Origin: Thermoanaerobaculia bacterium
Lineage (GTDB): Bacteria; Acidobacteriota; Thermoanaerobaculia; Multivoradales; UBA5704
Direction: 5' to 3'
DNA: 36,919 nucleotides
Assembly (NCBI GenBank): GCA_036277235.1
Contig: DASUNJ010000389.1
Span: forward strand, 1 to 36,919
Part shown: positions 35,054 through 36,919 of the stretch, one piece after another
Layout: each line of letters opens with the position of its first letter
Position numbering within the stretch: position 1 is the first letter of the stretch
Made by a program: the position numbers and the translations under genes
The notes under the pieces: model-generated
Databases searched by the model: none
What the model saw: the letters and a program-made list of their open reading frames with translations, nothing else
What the model was told of the DNA's origin: nothing

Positions 35054-36919
35054 ATGTCCGCCGAACGCACCATCGCCGTCCTCGCCGAAAAGCCCTCCGT
35101 CGCCCGCGATCTGGCGAAGGTCCTGGGCGCGGGGCGGCGCGGCAACGGCTTTCTCTACGGCAACGGCTACACGGTCACCTGGGCGATCGGCCACCTGGTC
35201 GCCCTCGCCGAGCCGGGGGATATCCGGCCCGAGTGGCGCCGCTGGAGCCGCGTCCAGCTCCCCATGCTCCCCGCGGAGTGGCCGCTGGTCGTCTCCAAGG
35301 ACACGAGCGAGCAGTTCGAGGTCGTCCGCAAGATCCTCAACTCCCCGAACGTGGAGCGGGTGGTCTGCGCCACGGACGCGGGCCGCGAGGGCGAGCTCAT
35401 CTTCCGCTACATCTACGAGGCCGCCGGCTGCCGCAAGCCGTTCTCCCGCCTCTGGATTTCGTCGCTCACCCCCGACGCCATCCGCAAGGGCTTCGCCAAG
35501 CTGCGCGACGGCCGCGATTTCGACCCGCTGGCCGACGCCGCCCGCGGACGGAGCCGCGCCGACTGGCTCGTGGGCATGAACCTCTCCCGCGCCTACACCC
35601 TCGATTTCGACGAGAACCTGTCGATCGGCCGGGTCCAGACCCCGACCCTCGCCATGGTGGTCGAGCGCGAGCTGGCCATCCGCGCCTTCGTGCCCGAGGA
35701 CTACCTGGAAGTCGTCGCCACCTTCTCCCCCGGCCCGGGCGTCGCGTACAGGGGGACATGGTTCAAAGGCGACGACCCCACGCCCGAGTCCAAGCGCCTC
35801 AAAGGGGACAAGGCGCATCCCGGCAAGGAGTTCGAGGAGGCGGCGCGCATCGTCCAGAGGGCACGGACCGGACGGGCCGAGGTCGAATCGGTCCGGTCCG
35901 AGACGAAGCGGATGGGGCCGCCGCTCCTCTACGACCTGACCGAGCTGCAGCGCCACGCCAACCGCCTCTTCGGTTTCAGCGCCCAGAAGACGCTCGGCCT
36001 GGCGCAGTCGCTCTACGAGCAGAAGAAGCTCATCAGCTACCCCCGCACGGACAGCCGCCATCTCTCGCAGGACGTGGCTGCAACCCTGGGGGAGATCGTG
36101 AAGGTCATTCAGGAGCCATACCGGGAGCTGCTCGCCCCCGGCACGGGAGAGCGCCCCCTCGGCCGCCGCTTCGTGGACGACGCCAAGGTCACCGACCACC
36201 ACGCGATCATCCCGACGACGACCTCGCCCGAGGGAGCGTCGATGACTCCCGACGAGCGGAGCATCTACGACCTGATCTGCCGCCGCCTCCTCGCCGCTTG
36301 GCACGACGACCACGTCTGGTCGGTCACCACCGTAATCACCGCCATCAGCACGCCGCCCCGCTCCGGCATCGGCGATCCGTTCCTGGACCGCTACCACAGC
36401 ACGGGCACGATGGTGGATAAAGTTGGCTGGAAGGTGCTCGACCTCGACCGCAAGAAGGAGAAAGACAAGAAGGAAGAGGATGACGAAGCTCAGGATCTCC
36501 CGACGCTGACGACTGGCCAGCTTCAGGAGGTTCTGGACGCCAAGGCGGTCGCGAAGCAGACCCGTCCGCCGAAGCGCTTCACCGAGGGCACGCTGCTGAC
36601 CGCGATGGAGACCGCGGGCAAGACGCTCGACGACAAGGAGCTCTCCGATGCCATGAAGGAGAGCGGCCTCGGCACGCCGGCCACCCGCGCGGAGATGATC
36701 GAGACCCTGCTGCGCCGGGAGTACATCGAGCGGCAGGGGAAGGCGTTGGTGGCGACCGACAAGGGGATCCGGCTGATCCAGGTGGTCCATCCGCACGTGA
36801 AGAGCCCCGCGATGACCGGGAAGTGGGAGGCCGAGCTCAGGCGGATTCAGCGGGGGGAGGGGGAGCTGGGGAGCTTTCTGCGGGGGATCGAGGCTTATGT
36901 GCGGGAGGTGGTCGGGGGC
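35054..36919 (+). CDS. topB: DNA topoisomerase III, N-terminal 622 codons; continues past the window end
   Basis: The frame is open from ATG 35054 to the last base, so it has no stop and is absent from the track. MSAERTIAVLAEKPSVARDLAKVL..., TWAIGHL and CATDAGREGELIF form the TOPRIM domain. Later regions are LSIGRVQTPTLAMVVERE, SYPRTDSRHL and GLGTPATRAEMIETL. Confidence 0.92.
   Translation, partial: MSAERTIAVLAEKPSVARDLAKVLGAGRRGNGFLYGNGYTVTWAIGHLVALAEPGDIRPEWRRWSRVQLPMLPAEWPLVVSKDTSEQFEVVRKILNSPNVERVVCATDAGREGELIFRYIYEAAGCRKPFSRLWISSLTPDAIRKGFAKLRDGRDFDPLADAARGRSRADWLVGMNLSRAYTLDFDENLSIGRVQTPTLAMVVERELAIRAFVPEDYLEVVATFSPGPGVAYRGTWFKGDDPTPESKRLKGDKAHPGKEFEEAARIVQRARTGRAEVESVRSETKRMGPPLLYDLTELQRHANRLFGFSAQKTLGLAQSLYEQKKLISYPRTDSRHLSQDVAATLGEIVKVIQEPYRELLAPGTGERPLGRRFVDDAKVTDHHAIIPTTTSPEGASMTPDERSIYDLICRRLLAAWHDDHVWSVTTVITAISTPPRSGIGDPFLDRYHSTGTMVDKVGWKVLDLDRKKEKDKKEEDDEAQDLPTLTTGQLQEVLDAKAVAKQTRPPKRFTEGTLLTAMETAGKTLDDKELSDAMKESGLGTPATRAEMIETLLRREYIERQGKALVATDKGIRLIQVVHPHVKSPAMTGKWEAELRRIQRGEGELGSFLRGIEAYVREVVGG

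Overview
This is a high-GC bacterial chromosomal segment of about 37 kb. I cannot assign a phylum from the sequence alone. About 31 protein genes are supportable. Two are cut by the window edges and missing from the ORF track: a CspA-family gene at 1-94 (-) and topB at 35054-36919 (+). Most content is housekeeping, envelope or signalling:
- YceH/DUF480 protein, lipoprotein plus OmpA-like pair, aquaporin
- CBM9-like protein, TPM-like plus Tim44-like/zinc-ribbon pair
- adenosine deaminase, sulfatase, 2Fe-2S ferredoxin-like protein, 5'-nucleotidase lipoprotein
- DUF885 protein, alpha/beta hydrolase, two c-di-GMP enzymes, Xth, ABC exporter, D-aminoacylase

Four things stand out.
1. selD is split in the ORF track. 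It is really a selenocysteine (UGA)-recoded gene with a SECIS-like hairpin.
2. A block at about 9.9-15.0 kb is visibly lower in GC. It holds a tightly coupled three-gene cassette: a 1381-aa DUF4011/Upf1-like helicase + Vsr-like nuclease + DUF3320 protein, a DUF457 membrane hydrolase and a 65-aa ORF. It sits next to an AAA+/DUF4143 ATPase. This is my best candidate for an undescribed defence or genome-surveillance module.
3. A 333-bp cluster of hairpin-forming repeats (core ATGCTGCGA) lies directly 3' of that cassette.
4. A dispersed family of 9-bp tandem repeats (AAAGGACNN / NNGTCCTTT) occurs at three intergenic loci.

There are also GC-rich structured or repeat regions at 469-524 and about 33.1-33.5 kb. 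I recognised no rRNA, tRNA, CRISPR array, transposase or integrase. Many long alternate-frame ORFs in the track are high-GC shadow ORFs.
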